From the sequence record NZ_CP009216.1: a stretch of DNA of 48,288 nucleotides. One strand, 5' to 3'. Every line of letters begins with the position of its first letter. The stretch's first letter is position 1. Source of the stretch: a plasmid. Shown piece after piece: positions 1 to 7,780 of the stretch. The notes under the pieces are model-generated. The model made no database searches and had not been told where the DNA came from. It saw only the letters and a program-made list of their open reading frames with translations. A program made the translations under genes and the position numbers.

Positions 1-23
1 GGTTCAATTCCCGGCGGCTCCAC
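1..23 (+). tRNA. 3' end of a host tRNA gene (T-arm and 3' acceptor strand); the 5' part lies outside the window
   Basis: GGTTCAATTCC T-loop/stem followed by a GC-rich 7-nt acceptor strand and CCA-like end. An integrase gene lies immediately downstream, as expected for attL at a tRNA 3' end. Confidence 0.55.
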
Positions 24-29
24 CGAGGG

Positions 30-71
30 GAATCCCCAGGTCATTGTTGGCCTGGGGATTCTTTCGTTTCC
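30..71 (+). terminator. rho-independent terminator-like hairpin after the tRNA end (11-bp stem GAATCCCCAGG/CCTGGGGATTC, 10-nt loop, TTTCGTTTCC tract)
   Basis: Perfect inverted repeat followed by a T-rich run. Phages that integrate into tRNA 3' ends commonly re-supply the tRNA terminator. Confidence 0.5.
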
Positions 72-93
72 GCAGCGTGTGGCACTATTCCAT

Positions 94-112
94 AGTAGAC
101 ACGAGTAGACAC
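94..112 (+). repeat. two direct 9-mer repeats AGTAGACAC (10-bp period), candidate integrase arm-type (P') sites
   Basis: AGTAGACACgAGTAGACACa lies about 70 bp from the tRNA end. The same 9-mer recurs at 1405-1413. Confidence 0.4.
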
Positions 113-157
113 ACGCGGACATGAAACGACTTACGGAAGGGAACGCAAGGGGAACGC

Positions 158-1384
158 ATGGCCCGGAGAAGAACCTGGGGCAAAATCACCAAAAAGCGGA
201 CACGCTTCTACGCCGAATACACCGGCCCCGACAGCAAACGCCACACCCCCGGCCACAGCTTCGCAACCCGGGGCGACGCGGAGGGCTGGCTCGCCCACGA
301 ACGCCGCCTAATCGACCTCGACGCATGGGAGCCCCCCACAACCCGCGCAGCCAAGGCGGAGGCGGACGGCATAACCGTTGGGGAATGGCTGGAAACCTAC
401 CTCGAAATCCTGACGTCACGGCTGAAGCCGTCGACGCTGCAAAGCTATCGGAGGGAAGTACACAACCGCATTCTCGCCCCACTCCCGCCCGGGGACAGTG
501 ACCCACGGGTGGTGGGGCTGAAAAACATTCCCCTCACCCGCCTCACAACAGCGGACGTGTACAAGTGGTGGGACGGCCTGCAAGCCGCCTACCCCGACGC
601 GAAGACAACGAACCAGCATGCCTACAAGCGACTTCGAGCCGCGTGCGCAGAAGCCGTCCGGCGCGAGATGATAGACGCGAACCCCGCGGCAGTACGGGAG
701 GCCGGCAAGCGGGTACAGGCGCAGGAGAAGTACCTGCCGGAGGACTGGGAGCTCGCCGCGATACTCGACCACATGGACGCCGCGTACAAGCCGTTGACGT
801 CGCTCATCCTTCATCATGGGGCGCGTATCGGTGAGGCTATAGCGGTGGAGGTGGAGGATGTGACGGTGACGCCGCGCCCGGTGCCGTGGCTCCCTAAAGT
901 CGCCGTGGCGGTACGGCAGAACGCGCAGCGTCTCACCATCGACGGGAAAACCCGGATGGTGGTCATGTCCACCCCCAAGACGTCCGCGGGGAGGCGCACG
1001 ATACCCATCATGGACGCGGACGCCCCGCTGTTCCTCGCTCACCTATGGGCGCATGACGGGTTGGCCACGTTGGTAGAGACTGACCGTGGGACGCGCAAAA
1101 TGGTGCTGCTCACCCGCACCGCGACGGGGCAGATGGTGATGGACACCAGCTACCGCAGTATCTTGAACCGGGTGAAGCGGCGGGCCGGCGTCGACGCGGG
1201 TATCAACCCTCACACCGGGAGGAACTGGCTGATTACCCGCTTGGCGGAGCAGGGCGCGCACCTGAAGGAGATAGGCGCGCTGCTGGGGCAGGATGATGTT
1301 TCCACCATCCTCGACGTGTACATGAAGGTGCGTTCCGGGCGTACGGACGAGCTCATGGAGCGGGTGAGCGCCACCCTCCGGTAG
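158..1384 (+). CDS. int: tyrosine-type site-specific integrase
   Basis: 408-aa ORF. N-terminal SAM-like/arm-binding region and C-terminal catalytic motifs (LHHGARIGE, NPHTGRNWLITRL HxxR, ILDVYMKV tyrosine). It sits adjacent to the tRNA end. Confidence 0.9.
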   Translation: MARRRTWGKITKKRTRFYAEYTGPDSKRHTPGHSFATRGDAEGWLAHERRLIDLDAWEPPTTRAAKAEADGITVGEWLETYLEILTSRLKPSTLQSYRREVHNRILAPLPPGDSDPRVVGLKNIPLTRLTTADVYKWWDGLQAAYPDAKTTNQHAYKRLRAACAEAVRREMIDANPAAVREAGKRVQAQEKYLPEDWELAAILDHMDAAYKPLTSLILHHGARIGEAIAVEVEDVTVTPRPVPWLPKVAVAVRQNAQRLTIDGKTRMVVMSTPKTSAGRRTIPIMDADAPLFLAHLWAHDGLATLVETDRGTRKMVLLTRTATGQMVMDTSYRSILNRVKRRAGVDAGINPHTGRNWLITRLAEQGAHLKEIGALLGQDDVSTILDVYMKVRSGRTDELMERVSATLR

Positions 1385-1393
1385 TGTGTACTG

Positions 1394-1415
1394 TAGTGTC
1401 CACTAGTAGACACTA
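1394..1415. promoter_or_regulatory. 22-bp near-perfect palindrome TAGTGTCCACTAGTAGACACTA in the int-xis intergenic region, embedded in GTAGTGT repeats
   Basis: Its reverse complement differs at 2 symmetric positions. It contains the AGTAGACAC 9-mer and is likely an operator or Int/Xis binding site. Confidence 0.4.
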
Positions 1416-1441
1416 GGAGACGGAGAAAGGAACCGTGAAGC

Positions 1442-1618
1442 ATGGCTGCAACCTTGCTCACTCGACAGCAGGCCGCGGACATTGTCGGCTGCAATGTCCG
1501 CACGATTGACCGGCGTATCCGGTCAGGCGACCTACCGGCCCGACGCTCAGGAAGGATGGTGCGTATCGACCCGGCAGACCTCGACAGGATGTTCAGCGAC
1601 CCGAAACGCTGGGCCTAG
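1442..1618 (+). CDS. xis: excisionase-like / MerR-type HTH DNA-binding protein (58 aa)
   Basis: GGAGAAAGGA RBS 10 nt upstream of the ATG. QQAADIVGCNVRTIDRRIRSGDLPARRSGRMVRIDPADL is a typical Xis/HTH_17 pattern. It is below the 60-aa track cutoff. Its stop overlaps the repressor stop (CTAG). Confidence 0.6.
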   Translation: MAATLLTRQQAADIVGCNVRTIDRRIRSGDLPARRSGRMVRIDPADLDRMFSDPKRWA

Positions 1619-1971
1619 CGTTCCAGCTGCTCGATAAGGTTCAGCGCGGCTGGTAGTAGCCGGTCAGGTAGACCCTCCACCTTGCTGTGGAGGGTCTTTC
1701 TTTGCACGTCGGCGGGGTTGTAGCCGGCTGCGGAGAGAACCGCGTGGGGGTCTGCGCTGACTGCTTTAGCGGCGGCGGTGAGCTTCTCCACAGAGGGGTT
1801 GACGGGTGTGAACTCGCCGTTGATAAGGTGCCCGCCGTCTTCTATGCGCCTGTAGAACGTGGGGGTTATTCCGGCGTTGAGGGCAGCTTGGCGTTTAGAC
1901 AGTCCCGCCTGTTCTCGGGCGGTTTGGAGTATGCGCCCGGGGAGCCATTGTGGGGGCGGGTTGGGTGTCAT
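1615..1971 (-). CDS. XRE-family HTH transcriptional repressor (cI-like), divergent from the early operon
   Basis: 118 aa with HTH QTAREQAGLSKRQAALNAGITPTFYRRIE. It is oriented opposite to the early genes and is followed by an AT-rich promoter region. Confidence 0.75.
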   Translation of the reverse strand: MTPNPPPQWLPGRILQTAREQAGLSKRQAALNAGITPTFYRRIEDGGHLINGEFTPVNPSVEKLTAAAKAVSADPHAVLSAAGYNPADVQRKTLHSKVEGLPDRLLPAALNLIEQLER

Positions 1972-1992
1972 GGGTTTTAGCGTATCGCACTA

Positions 1993-2030
1993 GGTTTGAC
2001 TTTTTTACAAACTGTGTACTAGAGTGCATA
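1993..2030 (+). promoter_or_regulatory. early rightward promoter/operator box A (TTTGACTTTTTTACAAACTGTGTACTAGAGT), with GTGTACT/AGTACAC and AGAGTGC(A/G)TAC repeats nearby
   Basis: TTGACT -35 element with TAGAGT (TAnnnT) about 19 bp downstream, in an AT-rich island of a 65% GC genome. It is paralogous to boxes at 5918 and 11935. Confidence 0.45.
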
Positions 2031-2056
2031 CCAGTACACACCGCAGAGTGCGTACA

Positions 2057-2072
2057 CCGGGCTGCAACCCGG
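2057..2072 (+). promoter_or_regulatory. CTGCAA-loop hairpin copy 1 (CCGGG-CTGCAA-CCCGG); a degenerate second copy lies at 2091-2104
   Basis: Member of the 8-copy hairpin family upstream of GGAGAAAGGA RBSs. Confidence 0.5.
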
Positions 2073-2143
2073 CAAAACGAAGGCCCGGCTGGCGCTGCAA
2101 CACCAACCGGGCAAAGACGCTCACGGAGAAAGGAATTCAGACC

Positions 2144-2755
2144 ATGAGCACCTCTAATCCTAACCACCCCGCCACACAGGGGCAACTAACCAAAAACGAG
2201 CGCGCAGCACGCCTCATCAAGCAGAAGTTCGTGCTCGACATGCTGTACGCCGTCCACAAAGACGAAACCGCCGAGCTCGCCGCGCAGTACGAACCCGGCG
2301 ACAAGGCCGAAATCAAGAACGACAACGGCGTGAAGATTGGCACCGTGTCCATGTCCACCCCGAACAAGAAGGCGGTGCCGGACGATGATTCCGTGCTGCT
2401 GGGCTACGCCGTCGAGCACGGCCACGAGGTCGAGGACATGCTGCCGGCCAACGGCACACCGGAAGCCGCGGAAATCGTGAAGCTGGTCGAGGCCGCAGGC
2501 CGCGAAGACCTGCTGGTGCCGTCCGTGACCGCAGAGGTGGAGAAGGAAGTCTGCCAGGAGGTTCTGAAGGGCTGGGAGTTCAGCGGGGGCAAGGAGCTGC
2601 CGTTGGGCTGGGAGATTCAGGACGCCTCGAGCCCGCGATTCACAGTGGCGAAGGGGCGCAGCGCGCAGGCGAAGGCCGCGTTCGAGCGCGAGATGGAACC
2701 GATTAAGGACGCGCTGGCGCAGTCAGCGTTCCGCGAGATTGAGGAGGGCAAGTAA
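2144..2755 (+). CDS. hypothetical early protein (203 aa), first gene of the rightward operon
   Basis: ATG preceded by GGAGAAAGGA. The longer track ORF 2024..2755 has no RBS at its upstream start. Confidence 0.7.
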   Translation: MSTSNPNHPATQGQLTKNERAARLIKQKFVLDMLYAVHKDETAELAAQYEPGDKAEIKNDNGVKIGTVSMSTPNKKAVPDDDSVLLGYAVEHGHEVEDMLPANGTPEAAEIVKLVEAAGREDLLVPSVTAEVEKEVCQEVLKGWEFSGGKELPLGWEIQDASSPRFTVAKGRSAQAKAAFEREMEPIKDALAQSAFREIEEGK

Positions 2756-2757
2756 CA

Positions 2758-3789
2758 ATGACCATCACCACTAGGAAACCCACCGGGCAGACCTCATGGC
2801 CGTTTATCCTCCTCGCCGGCGTCGAGGGTGGAGGTAAAACTTGGGCCGCTGTCGAAGCAACCGGCATGGAATCGGTCGACAGGGCATTCTTCATCGAGCT
2901 TGGCGAGGGCATGGCCGATGAATACGGGCAGGTTCCGGGTGCTGACTTTGAAATCATCGAGCATGACGGCACCGTGGGGATGATTCGTGAGGCGATTGCG
3001 TGGGCGTCGGCGCACCCCGCTGCTGAAGGCAAGAACAACATGCTCATCTTCGATTCGCTCACCGAATTGTGGGAGCTGATCACGGAGAATGCGCAGGCCG
3101 AGGCAAACCGGCGCGCCACCCGCAAGGGGCGCAAGATTCCCGAGGGTGGCATTCGTATTGACATGGATCTGTGGAACCGGGCTGGCGACACCTGGGAGGG
3201 GGTGATGGGCCAGCTGCGTCGATTCCCGGGTGTGGTGATCGGCACCGCCCGCCTGGAGAAGGTCACGCTTATGGACGATGAGGGCAGGCCGACGAAGGAG
3301 AAGGACTGGAAGATTCAGGCGCAGAAGCGCTTGCCGTACCGGGTGCAGGTGATTGTGCAGGCCCGTCAACCCCGCACCTGGACAATGACGAAGATCGCTA
3401 CCACGGTTCCGGCGTTGCAGCTGCAGCCCGGGCAGGAGCGGACGTTCAACGACTTCTCCGTGGTGAAGCTTTTGGAGACGATGGGGGTGGGGGCGAATAC
3501 CGCGCCGGCGACGTTCCGCGAGGCGGTGCAGGACGATTCACTAGCCGATAATCCACAGCCGAAGCAGAAGCCGCAGCAGGAGGCGACGGCAGAGCAGCTG
3601 GCGGAGTTCGCTCGCAAGGCTACCGAGCAGTCCGACGAGGCGCTGAAGAAGGGGCTGGTGTACTACCAGCGCATGAAGGACACGCAGCGGGTGGAGATTG
3701 TGCAAGCGGAGATTAGCCACCGGGCGCAGCGCAACGTGCAAGACCAACTCGACGGGGAGGTGGTTGAGGGTGAGCTTGTCGAAGCCTAG
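2758..3789 (+). CDS. RecA-like NTPase (AAA_24 / Sak4-like recombination ATPase)
   Basis: Walker A ILLAGVEGGGKTWAA, a Walker B-like hydrophobic-D/E stretch, and an acidic C-terminus. The position is typical for phage recombination genes. Confidence 0.65.
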   Translation: MTITTRKPTGQTSWPFILLAGVEGGGKTWAAVEATGMESVDRAFFIELGEGMADEYGQVPGADFEIIEHDGTVGMIREAIAWASAHPAAEGKNNMLIFDSLTELWELITENAQAEANRRATRKGRKIPEGGIRIDMDLWNRAGDTWEGVMGQLRRFPGVVIGTARLEKVTLMDDEGRPTKEKDWKIQAQKRLPYRVQVIVQARQPRTWTMTKIATTVPALQLQPGQERTFNDFSVVKLLETMGVGANTAPATFREAVQDDSLADNPQPKQKPQQEATAEQLAEFARKATEQSDEALKKGLVYYQRMKDTQRVEIVQAEISHRAQRNVQDQLDGEVVEGELVEA

Positions 3790-3967
3790 CCTGCGCGCCC
3801 TTAGCTGGCGTGACCGCCAGGCGGTGCGGGTTATCGATTGGTGCATTACCCACTTGCCGTCGCGGGAGCTGTCCGAGGCCATTACGGAGGCGTTGAGCGC
3901 GGGGACAGTGCAGGTGCTCCTAAGGCACCTGCAGGAGTGGGAACGGCGCGCCAGGCCAAACACCTAG
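3770..3967 (+). CDS. hypothetical small protein (65 aa), GTG start overlapping the upstream stop
   Basis: In-frame GTG inside track ORF 3698..3967. The upstream part of that ORF overlaps the ATPase gene. Confidence 0.4.
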   Translation: MSLSKPSLRALSWRDRQAVRVIDWCITHLPSRELSEAITEALSAGTVQVLLRHLQEWERRARPNT

Positions 3968-3969
3968 AC

Positions 3970-3983
3970 GGGGCTGCAACCCC
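3970..3983 (+). promoter_or_regulatory. CTGCAA-loop hairpin copy 2 (GGGG-CTGCAA-CCCC)
   Basis: Followed by GGAGAAAGGA at 3997 and the ATG at 4019. Confidence 0.5.
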
Positions 3984-4018
3984 AATTTTGAAGCACGGAG
4001 AAAGGAAAAGCACGGACG

Positions 4019-4402
4019 ATGAAGCGTTCCTACATGAAGCGCAAACCCGCGAAGAACGGGCGGGTGCCGGAGGAAGTGTACGCGGCGGTGATGATGCGCA
4101 ACGGGGGCCGGTGTGAGGTCGGATTCCCCGGTGTCTGCACCGGGCGGGCGGAGGAGTTTCACCACCGCCAGTCGCGGGGGGCGTCGCGCAACCCGCACAC
4201 CATCGGGAATGGTTGCGCGGCGTGCCACGCCTGCCACGACTACCTGACGCACCGCTCCCCGCAGGCGGGGCGCGACGTGGGGGCCGTGGTGTCGCGCCAC
4301 TACACCGGCGACCCGGCGTATAAGCCGATGAAAGTACCGGGCCGGGGCTGGGTGTACCTCACCCCGGGCGGTGGCTACGAGAAAGCCGAGGGGGTGCAGT
4401 AA
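4019..4402 (+). CDS. HNH-family endonuclease
   Basis: Cys/His pattern CEVG..C...EFHHRQSRG..RNPH...NGCAACHACH, consistent with an HNH/zinc-ribbon nuclease. Confidence 0.6.
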   Translation: MKRSYMKRKPAKNGRVPEEVYAAVMMRNGGRCEVGFPGVCTGRAEEFHHRQSRGASRNPHTIGNGCAACHACHDYLTHRSPQAGRDVGAVVSRHYTGDPAYKPMKVPGRGWVYLTPGGGYEKAEGVQ

Positions 4403-4623
4403 TGAGGCAGGTAGGTATACCCGCTGACTTGTCGGCCATGCCCCCACGGGCGTTGAAGGTGTACGCGGTGCTGGCCGCGAATCGGTGGCCCCAAGGGTTG
4501 ACGGTGAATCAGGTATCGGGTCTGACCGGGTTGACGTGGCGCACGGTGGATACCGCGTTGGAGGAGCTACGCGCAGCCGGCTACCTGGACGAGCACAACC
4601 AGCCGGTGGGAGGTGCTGCGTAG
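4402..4623 (+). CDS. winged-HTH DNA-binding protein (73 aa)
   Basis: LTVNQVSGLTGLTWRTVDTALEELRAAGYL. It is paralogous in fold to the N-terminus of the next gene. TAATG start overlap. Confidence 0.55.
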   Translation: MRQVGIPADLSAMPPRALKVYAVLAANRWPQGLTVNQVSGLTGLTWRTVDTALEELRAAGYLDEHNQPVGGAA

Positions 4624-5475
4624 GTGGCGATTTATCGTGACGGCTCCATTGACGAGAACTGGGCGACGATTCCCAACGCCCTGTTTCGTTCCGGGTTCCC
4701 GCTGCGTGTGGTCGCGGTGCTGGGGAACCTGCTCACGCACCGGCCTGACTTCCCAGTGACGGTGAAGCTCATGGCCGAGCAGCTCGGTGTGACCCCGAAG
4801 ACGGTCACGCAAGCGATCAATGACTTGGAGGAGCTGGGGTTGGTTGAGCGTGTCCCGGTTCCTGGGGAGCCTGGCAAGTTTGGGCGGAATGACTACCGGC
4901 TGCGTGAGCAGCGTTTGGTGACGTGGCAACCGGAGGTAAAAAATACCGACGGTGAGGGGGAGCCGGAGGTAAAAATTACCCACGGGCCGGAGGTAAAAAT
5001 TACCCACGGGCCGGAGGTAAAAAATACCTACATAGAAGACCAAGATAAAACACTAGGTAGAACACCAACTTCCCCCCAAGCCCCCCAAGGGGGGCAGGGG
5101 GAGCTGGCCGTCCCGGTGCCGAGCCTCGCGGAGGACTTCGCGGACTGGTACGCGACCTATCCGCGGAAGGTGGGGAAGAAGGACGCGGAGAGGGCGTACA
5201 AGCGGGCCCGCAAAGACGGGGCGACCCGGGAGGAGCTGCTGGCCGGTGTCGAGCGTTCGGTGCGTTCCTGGCGCGTCGAGGGGCGCAGCAAGGACAAGCT
5301 GCCGTACCCGGCCACCTGGTTGAACCAGGGGCGCTGGGAGGACGAGGAAACGCTCGGCGCGGACGTGGGGCAGCGCGGCGATTATCAGCCAACGGCGAAT
5401 GATGTGGCGCAGCAGATGATTCAGCGCATGCAGCAGCAGCGCCAGGGCAACGAGTGGAAGGAGCTTGAGCGGTGA
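4624..5475 (+). CDS. replication initiator / replisome-organizer-like protein with N-terminal wHTH and internal iterons
   Basis: N-terminal wHTH (VKLMAEQLGVTPKTVTQAINDLEELGLVERV). The middle region encodes PEVK(N/I)T repeats from DNA iterons. C-terminal WYATYPRKVGKKDAERAYKRA...YPATWLNQGRWEDEE is typical of phage DnaD/primase-associated C-terminal domains. Confidence 0.6.
   Translation: MAIYRDGSIDENWATIPNALFRSGFPLRVVAVLGNLLTHRPDFPVTVKLMAEQLGVTPKTVTQAINDLEELGLVERVPVPGEPGKFGRNDYRLREQRLVTWQPEVKNTDGEGEPEVKITHGPEVKITHGPEVKNTYIEDQDKTLGRTPTSPQAPQGGQGELAVPVPSLAEDFADWYATYPRKVGKKDAERAYKRARKDGATREELLAGVERSVRSWRVEGRSKDKLPYPATWLNQGRWEDEETLGADVGQRGDYQPTANDVAQQMIQRMQQQRQGNEWKELER
4927..5025 (+). repeat. four 18-bp direct repeats CCGGAGGTAAAAA(T/A)TACC (iterons; candidate origin of replication) inside the initiator gene
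   Basis: Copies at 4927, 4960, 4984 and 5008 with spacings of 33/24/24 bp. They form an AT-rich core inside a GC-rich gene. Confidence 0.6.
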
Positions 5476-5909
5476 CGCCCGAGGAGAAGATTGAGCTTGC
5501 CGGCAACGTGATTACCTACGGCAAGGCGCTGGCACCTGACCGGTTCCCGCGCCCCACGGAGCAGGTGGTGGCCGTGTGGGCCGACGTGCTCGGGTCTATC
5601 AGCGTGCCGAAGGGCGTGTGGCCGGAGGCGGTGCGTGTGTGGGCCGTGGAGATTGCGGGGGAGCGGATGTGTACCCCGCGGGAGCTGAAGCAGGCTGCGC
5701 GGGCTGTGCTGGCGCGGTGGGAATCCGAGCCGGTGAAGCGTGAGCTGCTGGCTGCGCACCGTGAGGCGCGGCGGGTGCAGCGTGACCGGGAGCTGTCGGA
5801 GGGCCGGTTTGGTGAGGTGCGTGGGCACGCAAGGCCGGTGCTGGAATCGCGGCCTGTGGTGTCGGGTGCGGTGTTGGACGCGGTGAAGGATGTTGTAAAG
5901 CGTGTTTGA
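5472..5909 (+). CDS. hypothetical protein (145 aa), GTG start overlapping the upstream stop
   Basis: ORF track entry. It is translationally coupled to the initiator gene. Confidence 0.55.
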   Translation: MTPEEKIELAGNVITYGKALAPDRFPRPTEQVVAVWADVLGSISVPKGVWPEAVRVWAVEIAGERMCTPRELKQAARAVLARWESEPVKRELLAAHREARRVQRDRELSEGRFGEVRGHARPVLESRPVVSGAVLDAVKDVVKRV

Positions 5910-5917
5910 CCTGTACG

Positions 5918-5948
5918 TTTGACATTATTACAAACTATGGAATAGGAT
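5918..5948 (+). promoter_or_regulatory. promoter/operator box B (TTTGACATTATTACAAACTATGGAATAGGAT), preceded by a GTTTGAC direct repeat
   Basis: TTGACA -35 and TAGGAT -10-like element about 18 bp apart. It is paralogous to boxes A and C. Confidence 0.4.
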
Positions 5949-5966
5949 TAGGGCAACAACGAAAGA

Positions 5967-5980
5967 GGGGCTGCAACCCC
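5967..5980 (+). promoter_or_regulatory. CTGCAA-loop hairpin copy 3 (GGGG-CTGCAA-CCCC)
   Basis: Located 16 nt upstream of the ATG at 5996, with an AGAAAGGA RBS between. Confidence 0.5.
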
Positions 5981-5995
5981 AGAAAGGACACCGCG

Positions 5996-6211
5996 ATGAA
6001 AACCACCGCCGACAACCTCACCGCACAGAACATCGTCGACAAGCTCGAAACCGAGATGGCCATGCAGAACGGTTGGGAGTTCAGCACCACCCTGAAGGAA
6101 TCCCTCGAAGACACCGTCCAAGAGCTTATGTACGCCGACGGCTCAGCCCTCCCTGCGTTCCTCCGCGACCTGGCCTACGCCCTCGACAACCTGGCCCTCG
6201 AGCTCGACTAA
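5996..6211 (+). CDS. hypothetical small acidic protein (71 aa)
   Basis: ATG with RBS. The track ORF 5906..6211 extends upstream without an RBS. Confidence 0.6.
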   Translation: MKTTADNLTAQNIVDKLETEMAMQNGWEFSTTLKESLEDTVQELMYADGSALPAFLRDLAYALDNLALELD

Positions 6212-6258
6212 CCGCAACCGCCAGCCTCCGGGCCGGCAATCAGCCCGACCAGCAGGCA

Positions 6259-6306
6259 GGGGAGTGCGAGCCTCCCCACGGGCACTAGGGGCACCCGCCC
6301 CGCACC
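6259..6306 (+). promoter_or_regulatory. intergenic GC hairpin element A (GGGGAG-tgcgagc-CTCCCC, then ACGGGCAC...TAGGGGCACCCGCCCC)
   Basis: Paralogous to elements at 12228, 7605 and 6965. It is terminator-like or a processing-site candidate. Confidence 0.4.
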
Positions 6307-6311
6307 AAGAC

Positions 6312-6325
6312 GGCGCTGCAACGCC
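6312..6325 (+). promoter_or_regulatory. CTGCAA-loop hairpin copy 4 (GGCG-CTGCAA-CGCC)
   Basis: Located 18 nt upstream of the ATG at 6343. Confidence 0.5.
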
Positions 6326-6342
6326 GAGGAAGGAACACAACG

Positions 6343-6627
6343 ATGGACATGCTGCTCGAACGCGCACCCCACATCGCAAAGCACTGGCGGAGGGTGGGTG
6401 ACCACCTCGCGTACGAGAACCTCACCGCGACCCTCGACTTCGACCCGGGGTGCCACGCCATCACGTTGCGCAACGAGGACAACGGGAACACCGAAACGAT
6501 CCGCGTCATGACCGTGCGCAGCGTCGGGGCAGTCCTGCAGACGGCGCGCCTCGCCTACGACCTGCTGGCCGGCCCCGAGGCTCCGCGTGACCCCGAGGTG
6601 GACACGCTCGACGGGTGGGAGCGGTAG
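6343..6627 (+). CDS. hypothetical protein (94 aa)
   Basis: ORF track entry with an RBS. Confidence 0.6.
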   Translation: MDMLLERAPHIAKHWRRVGDHLAYENLTATLDFDPGCHAITLRNEDNGNTETIRVMTVRSVGAVLQTARLAYDLLAGPEAPRDPEVDTLDGWER

Positions 6628-6848
6628 TGAACAGCAAAGCGCAGGAAGCCGACCGGGTGCGCATGGAGCGCGCCCTGCTCGGTGCCGGCATGGACGCGAA
6701 GCGGGCGTTGGAGAGCGCCGCCCGGGTAGCTCCGTACGACGAGCGACTGCGGGCATGGGAGGCGCTGGCAGACGCGGCGTCCCGGGCGAACCAGGCCCTC
6801 GCCGGGTACATGACCGAGTACGGGCTGATGGGGAAGGAGGGCGAGTGA
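6627..6848 (+). CDS. hypothetical protein (73 aa), GTG start overlapping the upstream TAG
   Basis: In-frame part of track ORF 6615..6848. Confidence 0.45.
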   Translation: MNSKAQEADRVRMERALLGAGMDAKRALESAARVAPYDERLRAWEALADAASRANQALAGYMTEYGLMGKEGE

Positions 6849-6964
6849 TGGAGGCTGCAATGCAGGTCGAGTTCTGGAACGCGGTGCTCGACGTGGCGTG
6901 GGTGCTGCTGCCGCAGGAGTGCCTGAACGCCCTGGCGTACAACTAGCGCGGGTGGAACCCTCTC

Positions 6965-6991
6965 CGGTTCGAGGCCGGGGCGCGCACGAGG
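6965..6991 (+). promoter_or_regulatory. intergenic GC hairpin element D (CCGG-ttcgagg-CCGG, then GGCGCGCACGAGG)
   Basis: Weaker member of the hairpin+CGGGCAC family. Confidence 0.3.
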
Positions 6992-7016
6992 TGGCAACAC
7001 CGCCACCACTACTAGA

Positions 7017-7032
7017 CCGGGCTGCAACCCGG
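7017..7032 (+). promoter_or_regulatory. CTGCAA-loop hairpin copy 5 (CCGGG-CTGCAA-CCCGG)
   Basis: Located 18 nt upstream of the ATG at 7050. Confidence 0.5.
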
Positions 7033-7049
7033 AGGAAGGGGACACCACC

Positions 7050-7502
7050 ATGTCCAAGAAGCCAGAATCCGCCCCCATGTCGGAGTACGCCGGCGCAACG
7101 CTAGACGAGCTGCCGAAGACCAACCCGCCCCGCTCATACGACGACGTGAAGCCCTACTGGGGCAATGTTGAGGGCGCGCAGCTGTTCACGGTGAACCAGC
7201 TGGTGCTGGAAACTCCGGAGCTGCTCGACCTGTGGAAGACGCTGGTGGCTGCAGCACACGAGAACCCGCTTGCCGAGGTGGACGGAACAACCATTCGCCG
7301 TGTGGCCGACGGCGACGAGATTAACCGCCAGATTCGGGAGAAGCGGTCCCGCTACGACCAAGAGCGCGAGGCGTTCCACCGACTGATCAACGGCGAGGTC
7401 AAGTACACCGTCTACCCCTCCACCACCAGCTACTACATGGAGCGGGAGAACATCGGATGGGATGAGGACTGGGTGCAGGAGAATTACCCCTCCCAGTCCT
7501 GA
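7050..7502 (+). CDS. hypothetical protein (150 aa)
   Basis: ORF track entry with an RBS. Confidence 0.65.
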   Translation: MSKKPESAPMSEYAGATLDELPKTNPPRSYDDVKPYWGNVEGAQLFTVNQLVLETPELLDLWKTLVAAAHENPLAEVDGTTIRRVADGDEINRQIREKRSRYDQEREAFHRLINGEVKYTVYPSTTSYYMERENIGWDEDWVQENYPSQS

Positions 7503-7604
7503 CCGCCACCGGAGCCGGGCGATACTGCGCCTCGTGCCGACGGCTGGCACACCACACAATCGAATAGGTAGCCCGCGCCGGGCCCGCGCCCTTCACCGGG
7601 TGCG

Positions 7605-7652
7605 CTGCGGTTCAACCCCGCAGGCGGGCACGCAGGGGCGGTGGTGCGTTTT
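7605..7652 (+). promoter_or_regulatory. intergenic GC hairpin element C (CTGCGG-ttcaacc-CCGCAG, then GCGGGCAC GCAGGGG ... TTTT), tRNA T-arm-like
   Basis: A 6-bp stem plus TTCAACC 7-nt loop followed by the conserved CGGGCAC/CAGGG motif and a T tract. It lies in a 293-bp non-coding gap. Confidence 0.4.
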
Positions 7653-7766
7653 GGCGTACTTCAGCACCGCGCAAGGGCGTACCCGCTCACGGGCAATGCG
7701 ACGGCACTATTCCCACCGTCGCGGGAGCGGCACTGCGACCCTGCGCCCCTCACCAACGTCACAAGA

Positions 7767-7780
7767 CCGGCTGCAACCGG
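7767..7780 (+). promoter_or_regulatory. CTGCAA-loop hairpin copy 6 (CCGG-CTGCAA-CCGG)
   Basis: Located 16 nt upstream of the ATG at 7796. Confidence 0.5.

Noticed and set aside
1447-1454. CTGCAACC inside the xis coding sequence
   Set aside because: It arises from the codons M-A-A-T. It has no flanking complementary stem, and the RBS is upstream rather than downstream.
2024-2755. Extended start of the first early gene at 2024
   Set aside because: The upstream part overlaps the promoter box and two CTGCAA hairpins. A GGAGAAAGGA RBS precedes the ATG at 2144.
7561-7640. Possible complete tRNA gene in the 7503-7795 gap
   Set aside because: Only a T-arm-like hairpin and a partial acceptor pairing can be drawn. 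At most about 59 nt lie between candidate acceptor strands, too short for D and anticodon arms.
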